In this document: in pieces, positions 1 to 9,359 of the stretch
Position numbering within the stretch: the stretch's first letter is position 1
Layout of the letters: each line of letters starts with the position of its first letter
Origin: Nitrospirota bacterium
GTDB lineage: Bacteria > Nitrospirota > UBA9217
NCBI GenBank assembly: GCA_963754875.1
Contig: CAVWHO010000013.1
Coordinates: 64,001-128,000, forward strand
Direction of reading: 5' to 3'
Length of the DNA stretch: 64,000 nt
Made by a program: the position numbers and the translations under genes
Notes under the pieces: model-generated
Told to the model about the DNA's origin: nothing
Seen by the model: the letters and a program-made list of their open reading frames with translations, nothing else
The model's database searches: none

Positions 1-119
1 CACGCCGCCTTTCGTGTTTGAAATAGTGATTGCGGTCTGCATCGGCGCGGCATTCGTATCAGCAGGAAGAGAAGCTCCGCGTAAGACCTGAATCACCACA
101 ACGAAAACTTACAGGGAGG

Positions 120-518
120 ATGAAAATGGAAGCTCAGGACCGTTACGAGCGAGGCTGGAAGAAACTGAAAGAAATCGACGGCGAGGCCGGTGAGCGCGTC
201 ATTGAGAGCCTCAAAGATATTGCGCCGGACTTCGCACAATATGTCATCGAATTTCCCTTTGGGGACATCTACTCCCGTCCCGACCTTGACCTCAAGTCCC
301 GGGAGATCGCCGTCGTCGCAGCGCTGACCGCGCTCGGCAATGCCGCGCCCCAGTTGAAGGTGCACATCCATGGCGCACTCAACGTGGGATGCACACGGAA
401 GGAAGTTGTCGAAGTGATCATGCAAATGGCGGTCTATGCCGGATTCCCGGCTGCCCTGAACGGTTTGTTTGCGGCAAAAGAGATTTTTGCCGAGCGCGAC
501 CAAAAGGGAATGAGCTGA
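120..518 (+). CDS. Carboxymuconolactone decarboxylase (CMD/AhpD-like) family protein
   Basis: [32 protein letters not shown] and [10 protein letters not shown] motifs; GGGAGG upstream. Confidence 0.9.
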   Translation: MKMEAQDRYERGWKKLKEIDGEAGERVIESLKDIAPDFAQYVIEFPFGDIYSRPDLDLKSREIAVVAALTALGNAAPQLKVHIHGALNVGCTRKEVVEVIMQMAVYAGFPAALNGLFAAKEIFAERDQKGMS

Positions 519-678
519 TGCTCGGCATCTCGTGCTTACCATCTACCCGACAGCTGATTCAACGCTCCGGGATTCCGCAGCAACGTAATAACTGCTTTTA
601 TTGAAACTGCAAAAAGGCCTGACTATGAAGGATCGCGGCGTGCCGGTGAAAGTGTAAGCGGGCAATCAGGAAACCTCG

Positions 679-1251
679 TTGAAAAAAATCAAGCATACAT
701 TCTATAAGCGGGATGCAGCCAGGCTTGCACGCGGCGTGATCGGTGCGGTCCTCGTCCATCGGGTACGCGGCAAAGAGTATTGGGCGCGCATCGTGGAGGC
801 GGAAGCCTACGTGGGGCCGCATGACCTGGCGTCGCACTCGTCCAAGGGCCGGACGAAGCGGACCGAAGTCATGTTCGGCCCCGCGGGCCGTGCCTACGTC
901 TATTTGATCTACGGGATGTACGAGATGTTCAATATCGTGGCAGGCGCGGAGGGCAGCGGTCAGGCCGTCCTCATCAGGGCAGCGGAACCGCTCGGTGACT
1001 GGAAGGCCGATCTCTCCGGTCCGGGAAAGCTCACCCGCGCACTCAAAATTACACGCTCGCAGAACGGTCTGGACCTGACGAAGGACAGGTTGTTCCTCCT
1101 GCATGACCCTGATTACCGGCCACGGATCAAAAAGACCGGCCGCATCGGCGTTGACTACGCGAAGGAATGGAAAGACGCGTTGCTTCGTTTTTTCGATGCA
1201 AAAAGCAGCGCGGTGTCCGGACGACGCACTGTCCGACAATCTGACCGCTGA
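679..1251 (+). CDS. mpg: DNA-3-methyladenine glycosylase (MPG/AAG family)
   Basis: IVEAEAY, AYVYLIYGMY, AVLIRA, GPGKL and RIGV motifs. Confidence 0.92.
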   Translation: MKKIKHTFYKRDAARLARGVIGAVLVHRVRGKEYWARIVEAEAYVGPHDLASHSSKGRTKRTEVMFGPAGRAYVYLIYGMYEMFNIVAGAEGSGQAVLIRAAEPLGDWKADLSGPGKLTRALKITRSQNGLDLTKDRLFLLHDPDYRPRIKKTGRIGVDYAKEWKDALLRFFDAKSSAVSGRRTVRQSDR

Positions 1252-1329
1252 TCACTTCTCTGTTTGCGTTCGGTGATTAATCCTCTTTCCGCTGAATCCC
1301 GTCTTCGTTTTCGACGAAGCTGTTCCCCA

Positions 1330-3165
1330 CTACTCCACCTTGACCATGAAATCAAAAAGTAGAGTTTTGCCCTCGTGGTTCACTTCACTGAAAATCTTGT
1401 ATACTCCCTTTACGGGGAAGACGATCGATGCATCCACCTCCGGTCCGAAGCGGTCCGGTGGACTTCCGTGCGTATCCCCGTCATGGCTGTGCAAGGCGCC
1501 GGGCACGGTCCCGTGGGTGTGGATGAACTCGGTGAGGTCATTCCGTACGACTGCAAGGTGCATGGGAGCGCCGAGATAGGGCCCGAGGTCGGTCACGGGT
1601 TTGTTGTTTTTTTTGATCAGGAACCGGAGCAGTGTTTCCGTGTTCGGCTTGATACTGTGCGGGGATGTTCTCAGGATGACACGATAGGGTCCGAAGTCTT
1701 TCTTCGTCGAAATGTCTGCCTTCGGCTCCGCCATGCGCGGCCGGCCTGATACGAGGAGGGAAACCCGCTTGCTGTAATGGCCGTCTTTTGTCGCAAAGTC
1801 CAGCCCCATCATGTATTCTCCCGCCATCGGGAAGGTGTATTGCAGCGGAAAGAGGGCCTTCTTCAGCATTTCATCGGTTATCGGGCCCATGTCCTCGGGG
1901 TGGATGTGCGCAAACACGTTCAGGTCCTTTCCGATGATAATAACGTGTACGATGCGGTCATGATGAACTACCAATCCCCGGAGCGGTCTCCGGTCCGCGT
2001 CTTCAAGATGGACCTGCATCGAAACCGGGACCTTGGCAATGATTTCTCTTGGGTCCGTTTCGAGGCGCACGAAAGTCTCCGGACCAATGCCGGTTTGATG
2101 TTCATGTCCTTCCTGTTCGTGTGTCGCATGACCGACTGCGGTTTGAACGTGTCCAACGTGCGCATTATGGCGCGCTGGAACTTCATGCCGAAGTAGTGCC
2201 ACGCAAAGCAGCAGCCCGAGCATGAGGAAGGCTTCGCTCCTTACGCTCTTCAAAAACCTCGAAGAGACCACTTCCCTCGTTGCTTCGCGGACCATGGGAG
2301 TTGCGAGCGAAACTGCGATGCGATTGACGATGCTTTTGTTTGTTGCCGCATGTCCGGTCGCCTGGTGCAATTGCGGGACGGTGACATAGCGATTGTACGC
2401 AGCAAGGACCAGAATCAGGATGAAGAGAACGATCTTTGCAGTGATCGCTTGCCCGTAAGGAGATTTGAATAAGGCGTCAAAGTTGCCGACATAAGCCCAG
2501 GCGTTATACAGCGAGGTGATGACGATGGACCCGACCGCGATGCCGGCAAGCCGGGAAAATCGGGCAGCAGCAACGGCAAGGGGCCTGGCTGCAAGGTCAC
2601 CGGCGGTTATCATGGCAGGAAGGACGATCAGGGAAAGTACAAAGAGACCGCCGGCCCAGACCAGAGAACCTGCGAGATGAAGCAGGTCCGCGAGCTCTGC
2701 GACGCTGAAATCGCCGGAATCCGCTGCATGCCCGGTGGCGCTGTGGGTAAACGCGATGACTGTCGCGACAATAAACAGGAGGGAAAGATACATCTGCGCG
2801 TCGCGATATTTCTTCCCCCACAGCACCAGGACGGCGAGGAGGGCAAGAGCGGTCATGCGAATGGTCCAGATCTTGCCGAAGTGGGTTTTCATGATGACCG
2901 CGGGGAGCAGGGGCAGGACGGTTCGCACCGGGTAAGCGCTCATCTCTGCGGCGCGTCCCACGAGGTCGGCAATACTGCATACTGCGATTACGGCAATACT
3001 GAGTTGGAGCACTGACCACATGCGCGCAACAAGTCCGGCATGATCGGCCCCCTCGTCCTGTGTCCCGGGAGCGAGTATCCAGAGACGGCAAACGAGCGTC
3101 CCGACGCAGAAGGAAAGGGAAACAAGAAAACACCACGTAGGGAGACTGTGCAGGAACAAATTCAT
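1330..3165 (-). CDS. copD: CopD-family copper resistance membrane protein with His-rich linker and C-terminal soluble metal-binding domains
   Basis: Multi-TM N-terminus with SATGHAA and LHLAGSLVWAGGL; His-rich linker; FAHIHP and FIHTHG motifs; directly downstream of copC. Confidence 0.8.
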   Translation of the reverse strand: MNLFLHSLPTWCFLVSLSFCVGTLVCRLWILAPGTQDEGADHAGLVARMWSVLQLSIAVIAVCSIADLVGRAAEMSAYPVRTVLPLLPAVIMKTHFGKIWTIRMTALALLAVLVLWGKKYRDAQMYLSLLFIVATVIAFTHSATGHAADSGDFSVAELADLLHLAGSLVWAGGLFVLSLIVLPAMITAGDLAARPLAVAAARFSRLAGIAVGSIVITSLYNAWAYVGNFDALFKSPYGQAITAKIVLFILILVLAAYNRYVTVPQLHQATGHAATNKSIVNRIAVSLATPMVREATREVVSSRFLKSVRSEAFLMLGLLLCVALLRHEVPARHNAHVGHVQTAVGHATHEQEGHEHQTGIGPETFVRLETDPREIIAKVPVSMQVHLEDADRRPLRGLVVHHDRIVHVIIIGKDLNVFAHIHPEDMGPITDEMLKKALFPLQYTFPMAGEYMMGLDFATKDGHYSKRVSLLVSGRPRMAEPKADISTKKDFGPYRVILRTSPHSIKPNTETLLRFLIKKNNKPVTDLGPYLGAPMHLAVVRNDLTEFIHTHGTVPGALHSHDGDTHGSPPDRFGPEVDASIVFPVKGVYKIFSEVNHEGKTLLFDFMVKVE

Positions 3166-3184
3166 GAACGTTTCTTTTGTGCTT

Positions 3185-3571
3185 TCATCTGACCGTGAAC
3201 GTATAGTCCCCCGAGGTCCTGTGCCCGTCCCGCGATACGACGCTCCAGATCACGCGATACGTGCCTGCAGCCAGAGGGGACAAGCCCACTTCCAGCAAGG
3301 TGTCATCGGCCGGGCTGACACGCCCATCACCGCTGTCAATTTTGTTGCCCTTCGCGTCCTGGACGGAAATACTCGAAAAGAGCGGTTCCAGATCGCTGTC
3401 GAACCAGATCCGCACACGGACAGGCGCACTTGAGACCGTTGCGCCGACTTTCGGGTCGGCATGGTCTGGGTACGCGTGGCCGAGCGACACGCGAGGCACC
3501 CCGCAGAGGAACACCAGAAAAAGGACCGCTGCGGCCTTCCCGAGGCCGGGATATCGCGCGGCCGTTTCCAT
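3185..3571 (-). CDS. copC: Copper resistance protein CopC
   Basis: Signal peptide then mature N-terminal HAYPDHADP; WSVVSRDGH motif; start codon approximate. Confidence 0.9.
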   Translation of the reverse strand: METAARYPGLGKAAAVLFLVFLCGVPRVSLGHAYPDHADPKVGATVSSAPVRVRIWFDSDLEPLFSSISVQDAKGNKIDSGDGRVSPADDTLLEVGLSPLAAGTYRVIWSVVSRDGHRTSGDYTFTVR

Positions 3572-3763
3572 GGAATGATGGGCCTCCTCAGAGTAATTAT
3601 GCCGGTGCGCAGCCGAGTATCGGTACGGCATTACAACGAATATATCATATATTCTCATGAAGCGCATTACTCTTCGCTAAAATTCTGTTCAAACTTTTTC
3701 CGCTGATATTGGGCGTGAGGAGAAGGCTGGAAAGCCCGGGCGCGGGTAAGATGATTGGCCGGA

Positions 3764-4411
3764 TTAATTCTGCAATTCTCTTTGCCGCTGCAGGGCCTCC
3801 TGGTACCTGGCTTCGTCTCCTCCTGCTTTATAGGCTTCGGCAAGATGCCCCTGCGCTTCCGCAAGCAGGTCCCTCCTGTCTTTCGGGAGCGTGGCCAGGG
3901 ATTCGTTCAACGCCGATATCGCTTCTCCTGTGTTACCGAGTTTCAGCAGGAGGACGCCGAGCGTGTCGAGATAGTACGGCCGGTGATCGGGGGTGAGTGT
4001 CATGGCACGGGCGATCAGTCCCCGTGCTTTCTCAAGTTTTGTCCCCGTCTGCAGATATACCCACGCCAGGTTGTTGCAGGCATCGCCGTTCTTCGGATCG
4101 AGCTTCACGGCTTTTGCAAACGCCGCTTCAGCGCCGGCGTAATCTTTTGTCCGGTAGGACAGGTCCCCCAGCAGAAGGAGGGAGGGAACGTGCTTTTTGT
4201 CCTGTTTGAGCGCTTCCCGATACTCTTCAAGGGCAAGATCGGGTTTCCCCTGTGATTCGTAAATGCGGCCGAGATTATCGTGTTCCACGGCAGAGAGCGG
4301 GTCATGAAGTACGATGATCCGCGGGAGGGAACATCCGGACAGAAAAAAGACCGCCGCAGTGATGAGCGCCCACGGACCGGCAGCGATATACAGTTGTTGA
4401 AGACGTTTCAT
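3764..4411 (-). CDS. TPR-repeat lipoprotein
   Basis: Lipobox LSGC; several TPR repeats (NNLAW, YLDTLG); start overlaps the peptidase stop. Confidence 0.85.
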   Translation of the reverse strand: MKRLQQLYIAAGPWALITAAVFFLSGCSLPRIIVLHDPLSAVEHDNLGRIYESQGKPDLALEEYREALKQDKKHVPSLLLLGDLSYRTKDYAGAEAAFAKAVKLDPKNGDACNNLAWVYLQTGTKLEKARGLIARAMTLTPDHRPYYLDTLGVLLLKLGNTGEAISALNESLATLPKDRRDLLAEAQGHLAEAYKAGGDEARYQEALQRQRELQN

Positions 4412-5049
4412 TGCCTGCCTTGGTCCAGCGGTGTTCCTGGTCTGGCAACCAGCATCCAGTTTCCCGCACGGTCCCACTCCTTCAGAAATTTGTCATACTC
4501 AATCACCCTGTTAGCCTGTTGGCCGTCATGAGCGATGATGACCGCATCGACATCATCAAAACCGACCACGGTAACATAGTGGGGACGTCGGTAGACGCTG
4601 AAACCCAGATCGATAAGACAGATGACCGGTACGTTTTTACGCACCTGTTCTTTCAGCTTGTCGAGGTTGCCGGAAGAGGACGACGTCTGGAACCCTTCTT
4701 CACGAAAAAAATTTTCCATATCCATGGGAAGCGTGCCGCGGAGTTGCGGAAGGTAGACTTTGGCGATAATGTGTTCCAGACTGACGTTTCTGCCCCAGTA
4801 GGAAGCAACAGAGGCAAGCGCGGCCGGCCCGCAGGAACTCTCCTCCTGCTTAAAAAAAGGGACGCCGGAGATATAATGTCCGCCTTTCTCCAGGCCGGGC
4901 TGGAGAAAGGCAAACTTTTTTTCCGCGCATCCCGCGGCGACCATCATCAGCAAGACGGCAAATACGAGAAGAAAGAGACGGTTCCTCTCCTCCCTCCTCC
5001 TGGTGGAGCTTTTGACGATCTGAACCAATGATGCAAACGCTCCGGTCAT
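4408..5049 (-). CDS. C39-like cysteine peptidase lipoprotein (PA2778-like)
   Basis: QEESSCGPAAL, PHYVTVVG and IAHD catalytic motifs; lipobox AAGC; true start may be downstream of 5049. Confidence 0.85.
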   Translation of the reverse strand: MTGAFASLVQIVKSSTRRREERNRLFLLVFAVLLMMVAAGCAEKKFAFLQPGLEKGGHYISGVPFFKQEESSCGPAALASVASYWGRNVSLEHIIAKVYLPQLRGTLPMDMENFFREEGFQTSSSSGNLDKLKEQVRKNVPVICLIDLGFSVYRRPHYVTVVGFDDVDAVIIAHDGQQANRVIEYDKFLKEWDRAGNWMLVARPGTPLDQGRQ

Positions 5050-5475
5050 TTACTTGCGGATCTCTATGCGGTCCTGCAGCAGGAACACGAGGACCACGAC
5101 GAGCAAGGCGACGATCACCAGACCGAAGAACAGATCTGCCCCGTCGCTGCCGGCTTGAAGCGAGTCCGTATGGGTCGCGAGCACATGGAGCTGTTCATCG
5201 GAAAGCTTGTTCACGCGCGCCAGCGCCTCAGCAGGCGAGAGCCCGTAATCCTGGAGTTTCTGCCGGACGATCTTCGATTCGAAAGCCGCCTGGATCCTGG
5301 CAAGGTCCGCTGACCGGCCGAGAGAACCTCCCGTCGGGTCGGCTGTTGCCTGAGCGGGAGCGGCAGAAACGAACATGGCCTCCGCAGGTCCTGCAAACGT
5401 CGTGATCGTGATCAGTGCGATGATTAAATATAAAGCGAGCGGCTTGGCGTAGCACGCTTTTACCATGGTTTTCAT
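5050..5475 (-). CDS. PA2779-family protein (paralogue 2)
   Basis: Signal peptide; RQKLQDYGLSPAEALARVNKLSDEQL; LQAG followed by a C-terminal TM helix. Confidence 0.85.
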   Translation of the reverse strand: MKTMVKACYAKPLALYLIIALITITTFAGPAEAMFVSAAPAQATADPTGGSLGRSADLARIQAAFESKIVRQKLQDYGLSPAEALARVNKLSDEQLHVLATHTDSLQAGSDGADLFFGLVIVALLVVVLVFLLQDRIEIRK

Positions 5476-5513
5476 GTTGACATCACCTCCGGTATTTAAA
5501 TCAGCCGTCACGT

Positions 5514-5903
5514 TTATTTGACTATCACCCGGTGACCCGTGGCCTCGAGAACGACGACCGTGACGATCGCTGCGACGAGGAGAAAGATCAGAAGCCCGAG
5601 GCCGTCATCTGCCCCTGCCTGGAGCGAATCGAGTTGCGAAGCGAACTGATGGATCTGTTCATCGGAAAGCGTATTGATCCTCGCCATGGCCTCTTGCGGG
5701 GAAAGTCCGAAGTCCATGAGGCGCTGCTTGATCATCGTCGATTCGAGGGATTTTTGAATTGACGTCATTTCGGCTTGCCGCGCTGTAGAGCTTTGACCGG
5801 CAGGGATGAACATTGCCCATCCCTGGGCCGGTAAAGAAATGAGTATCATCGCGAAAACCAGGTAGAGAGACAACAGTTTCAGAAACGAATTGTGGAATAT
5901 CAT
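5514..5903 (-). CDS. PA2779-family protein (paralogue 1)
   Basis: KQRLMDFGLSPQEAMARINTLSDEQI; LQAG followed by a TM helix. Confidence 0.85.
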   Translation of the reverse strand: MIFHNSFLKLLSLYLVFAMILISLPAQGWAMFIPAGQSSTARQAEMTSIQKSLESTMIKQRLMDFGLSPQEAMARINTLSDEQIHQFASQLDSLQAGADDGLGLLIFLLVAAIVTVVVLEATGHRVIVK

Positions 5904-6314
5904 GGTCTGCTCCTTTTCTGATGCTGCCTGTTTTTATCATTTAACGGATTCAACAGACTACTAAAAAAGAAGACTTAAGTCCCACTCTTTTAGAAACCTT
6001 GCTTTTCATTATCCGTTTGCACTTATATTTTAGCACATTGCAACAGCTCAATTCCGATGGCGTGATTTGTATACATCCTGAGTATCGCTGTTCGTGCTGC
6101 AAGAAGGTAAAAAAACAGGGGTTGTCCTGGCGGTGCCGATTCATGTTTTTTAATACGAATGTACTCGCGTCCATGCCGGTTTGTTTTTATTCAGCCGGTA
6201 ATCAGCAGCACAACCCACGCTCGGCCAAATTGTTTGGTATCATTTTCTTAAGGGCAGTTATCATGAAGGCATCAGAGTTACAGCAATTGTCAGTTTGATA
6301 GAAAGGAGAACAGT

Positions 6315-7370
6315 ATGCGTTATCGCTTATTAGGAAAAACCGGTGTCTATGTCTCCGAACTGACCATGGGGACCATGACATTCGGCGGGAAGGGTTTCTG
6401 GGAAGTCATCGGCAAATTGGGCGCGTCGCAGGCAGAATCGTTTATCGGCACCGCACTCGATGCCGGAGTGAATATGATCGATACGGCGGATGTTTATTCC
6501 GAAGGAGAGTCGGAAAAACATGTTGGCGCGGCGCTCGCTTCGCTGGGGAGGCCCCGTGACCAGATCATCGTCGCGACCAAGGTCCGGGGAAGGACGGGTC
6601 CGGGGCCGAATGAAATGGGCCTGTCGCGTAAACACATCCTGGATTCCGTTGACGTCAGTCTGAAGCGCCTCAAACTGGACTATATCGACCTCTACCAGAT
6701 CCACGGCGCAGATCTCATCACGCCCATCGAAGAGACCATGCGGGCGCTCGACGACCTTGTGCGCAGCGGCAAAGTACGCTATATCGGTTACTGTAATTTA
6801 CCGGCGTGGCAGGCGATGAAGGCGATCGCGTATTCCGACGCACACAACTTGGCACGTTTCGTGAGCGCCCAGATGTACTACACGATCGCGGGCCGCGACA
6901 TCGAGCGGGAGGTGGTGCCTCTGGCAAAGGACCAGGGTCTTGCCATTCTCCCCTGGAGCCCGCTTGCCGGCGGGTTGCTTTCGGGCAAGTTCGACCTGGA
7001 GAGTCCCGGTCCTGAGGGCGCGCGGCGCACATCATTCGACTTCCCGCCGGTTGAACGCGACCGCGCGAAGAACGTGCTCAGGGCCATGCATTCCGTCAAA
7101 CTGGCTACAGGCATTCCCATTTCCCGGATCGCCCTGGCCTGGCTTCTGGGCCGCCCCTTCGTCACAAGCGTTATCATCGGGGCGAAGACGCGAGAACAGC
7201 TTATCGACAATCTTGCTGCTGTCGATGTGAAGCTCACGCCTGAGCAGGTCTCCCAGCTGGATGCGGCGAGCGCCCTGCCGTCGGAGTATCCGGGCTGGAT
7301 GATCGAACGGCAGGACCGGGACCGCCGTCCGGAACCGGCAATGAAGGCCGAAGCCAGAAAAGCAGCGTAG
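6315..7370 (+). CDS. Aldo/keto reductase
   Basis: GTMTFG, DTADVY, DYIDLYQIH and WSPLAGG motifs; AAGGAG RBS. Confidence 0.95.
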   Translation: MRYRLLGKTGVYVSELTMGTMTFGGKGFWEVIGKLGASQAESFIGTALDAGVNMIDTADVYSEGESEKHVGAALASLGRPRDQIIVATKVRGRTGPGPNEMGLSRKHILDSVDVSLKRLKLDYIDLYQIHGADLITPIEETMRALDDLVRSGKVRYIGYCNLPAWQAMKAIAYSDAHNLARFVSAQMYYTIAGRDIEREVVPLAKDQGLAILPWSPLAGGLLSGKFDLESPGPEGARRTSFDFPPVERDRAKNVLRAMHSVKLATGIPISRIALAWLLGRPFVTSVIIGAKTREQLIDNLAAVDVKLTPEQVSQLDAASALPSEYPGWMIERQDRDRRPEPAMKAEARKAA

Positions 7371-7376
7371 ACCCAA

Positions 7377-7415
7377 CCCTCCTCTCCCCTCCGGGGAGAG
7401 GACAAAGGTGAGGGG
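7377..7415. repeat. REP-like palindrome (CCCTC...GAGGG family)
   Basis: CCTCTCCCCTCCGGGGAGAGG hairpin; related to 20485-20583. Confidence 0.6.
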
Positions 7416-7444
7416 CAGCAACGAATGAGAGGTGTTTGTATTAA

Positions 7445-7514
7445 TTTAGCAACGGAGGACGGAGAAGGCCGAAATCGTAATGTTGTTTTCACGCCTTCTC
7501 CGTGTCTTTGTTGT
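7445..7514. repeat. Empty inverted-repeat element related to the GxxExxY flanks
   Basis: ACGGAGGACGGAGAAGGC ... GCCTTCTCCGTGTCTTTG resembles the arms at 26852 and 27289. Confidence 0.55.
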
Positions 7515-7551
7515 ACAGAACCTTGCGTTCAACATCAGAGGAAGGACTACC

Positions 7552-8526
7552 ATGAAAGCAATAAAGATTTCGAATTATGGCGACCCGAGCGTGCTTAAGC
7601 GTTCGGACGCGGAGCCGAAACCTGCTCCGAGGACAGGCCAAGCGCTCGTGAAGATCCACGCAGCAGGCGTAAACTTCGTCGATATTTACCAGCGACGGGG
7701 GACCTATCCGGTGACGCTGCCCTTTATCCCCGGTTTGGAAGCATCGGGCGTTGTAGAGGCAGTCGGCGATAAGCTCTCAGGTCTTCGAGTCGGAGAGCGG
7801 GTCGCATATACCGGTCATCTCGGGAGTTACAGCGAGTATACGGTGATCGATGCGAACCGGTTAATCCGTCTGCCGGACGGGCTTTCTTTTGAGCAGGGCG
7901 CTGCTTTCCCGCTGCAGGGGATGACCGCGCACTATCTTATTCATGAGTTCCGCAAGCCGAAGCCCGGAGACACGGTCCTGGTCCATGCGGCCGCAGGGGG
8001 CGTGGGACTTCATCTGGTCCAATGGGCGAAGCATCTCGGAGCAACGGTCATCGGGACAGTGTCCACGGAAGAGAAGGCGCGTATTGCCAAAGAAGCAGGC
8101 GCCGATCATGTGGTCCTGTATACGAAGCAGGACTTTGTGAGCGAAACGAAACGCCTGACAGGCGGCCGCGGCGCAGAGCTCATCATCGACGGCGTGGCAA
8201 AGACCACGTTTGCCGGAGATCTGGAAGCAGTGGCCCTCCGCGGTCACATTGTCGTCTTCGGGTCCGCAAGCGGCCCGGCTGACCCCCTTATGCCGAATTC
8301 GCTGGGAGCAAAATCTATCTCCGTTTCCGGCGGAAGCCTGGGCAACTTTATTGCTACTCGCGAGGACCTGGTCCTGCGGTCAACTGATGTTCTGAACGCC
8401 ATCAAAGAAGGGTGGCTCAAACTGCGTATCGATTACGTGCTCCCGCTGGCTGAGGCAGAAAAAGCGCACCGAATGCTTGAAGGACGGCAGACCGTGGGCA
8501 AGATCGTCCTGAAAGTAGTTGATTGA
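7552..8526 (+). CDS. qor: NADPH:quinone oxidoreductase (zeta-crystallin/MDR family)
   Basis: GVNFVDIYQRRG, HAAAGGVG and GKIVL motifs. Confidence 0.93.
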   Translation: MKAIKISNYGDPSVLKRSDAEPKPAPRTGQALVKIHAAGVNFVDIYQRRGTYPVTLPFIPGLEASGVVEAVGDKLSGLRVGERVAYTGHLGSYSEYTVIDANRLIRLPDGLSFEQGAAFPLQGMTAHYLIHEFRKPKPGDTVLVHAAAGGVGLHLVQWAKHLGATVIGTVSTEEKARIAKEAGADHVVLYTKQDFVSETKRLTGGRGAELIIDGVAKTTFAGDLEAVALRGHIVVFGSASGPADPLMPNSLGAKSISVSGGSLGNFIATREDLVLRSTDVLNAIKEGWLKLRIDYVLPLAEAEKAHRMLEGRQTVGKIVLKVVD

Positions 8527-8873
8527 ATAAAAAAGAATCGAAATCGTCATGCATCATTCCACTGAAGGGCCTTAAAACCTCACGTGAGAAAATAAGAAAA
8601 TCTTTATTAGGGGAAAGTGGGAAGAAAGACGAAAGGGAGTAACAAAGATCCTACGTGTTTTTTCCCCATTTCTCCCCTTTGCATCTTCGAGGTATTTGAA
8701 GACACTTTCCTACTTCCACGGCATTGCATCAAAACATAACACTCTGTTGCTGCTTGCCTGCTGGTATACGTACCTCTTTTGCTATACTTCTGATAAGTGC
8801 TGATTACCCCTACCGAACAATAAAGAAATTTTTTCAGCTAAATGGTCCAATGTCATTGGAAAAGGAGCCTGCC

Positions 8874-9359
8874 ATGGAAGAAGTCATTCAATTTCAACTG
8901 AACGGCAAACCAGTCAAACTGAACGTAGACAGCGAGCGAAAGCTTTTGTGGGTCCTGCGAACCGATCTCGGGCTCACCGGGACAAAATACGGATGCGGGG
9001 AAAGTTATTGCAACGCCTGCATTGTGCTGGTGAATGATGAAGCAGTCAGGTCCTGTCAGACATCGGTAAAAGATGTCCAGGGTAAAACGGTCCTTACCAT
9101 CGAGGGGTTGTCCCACAATGACAAGCTCCATCCTTTGCAAAAAGCATTTATGGAACACGATGCGCTCCAATGCGGGTATTGTACGGCGGGAATGATCTTG
9201 CAAGCCTATTCGTTATTGCGAAAGAATTCCCGGCCTTCTCCAGCGCAAATCGTAGAAAGCATGGAGGGGAACCTGTGCCGGTGCGGGGCCCACAACCGCA
9301 TCATTGAAGCAATCCAGACGGCTGCGAAGGAAATGCAGGGAGGACTCTACCATGAATAG
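8874..9359 (+). CDS. Mo-hydroxylase small subunit, 2x[2Fe-2S] (CoxS/IorA-like)
   Basis: GTKYGCGESYCNAC, QCGYC and NLCRCG motifs. Confidence 0.93.
   Translation: MEEVIQFQLNGKPVKLNVDSERKLLWVLRTDLGLTGTKYGCGESYCNACIVLVNDEAVRSCQTSVKDVQGKTVLTIEGLSHNDKLHPLQKAFMEHDALQCGYCTAGMILQAYSLLRKNSRPSPAQIVESMEGNLCRCGAHNRIIEAIQTAAKEMQGGLYHE

Noticed and set aside
5940..6310. Short ORFs in the AT-rich divergent intergenic region
   Set aside because: No RBS or motif support; more likely promoter DNA
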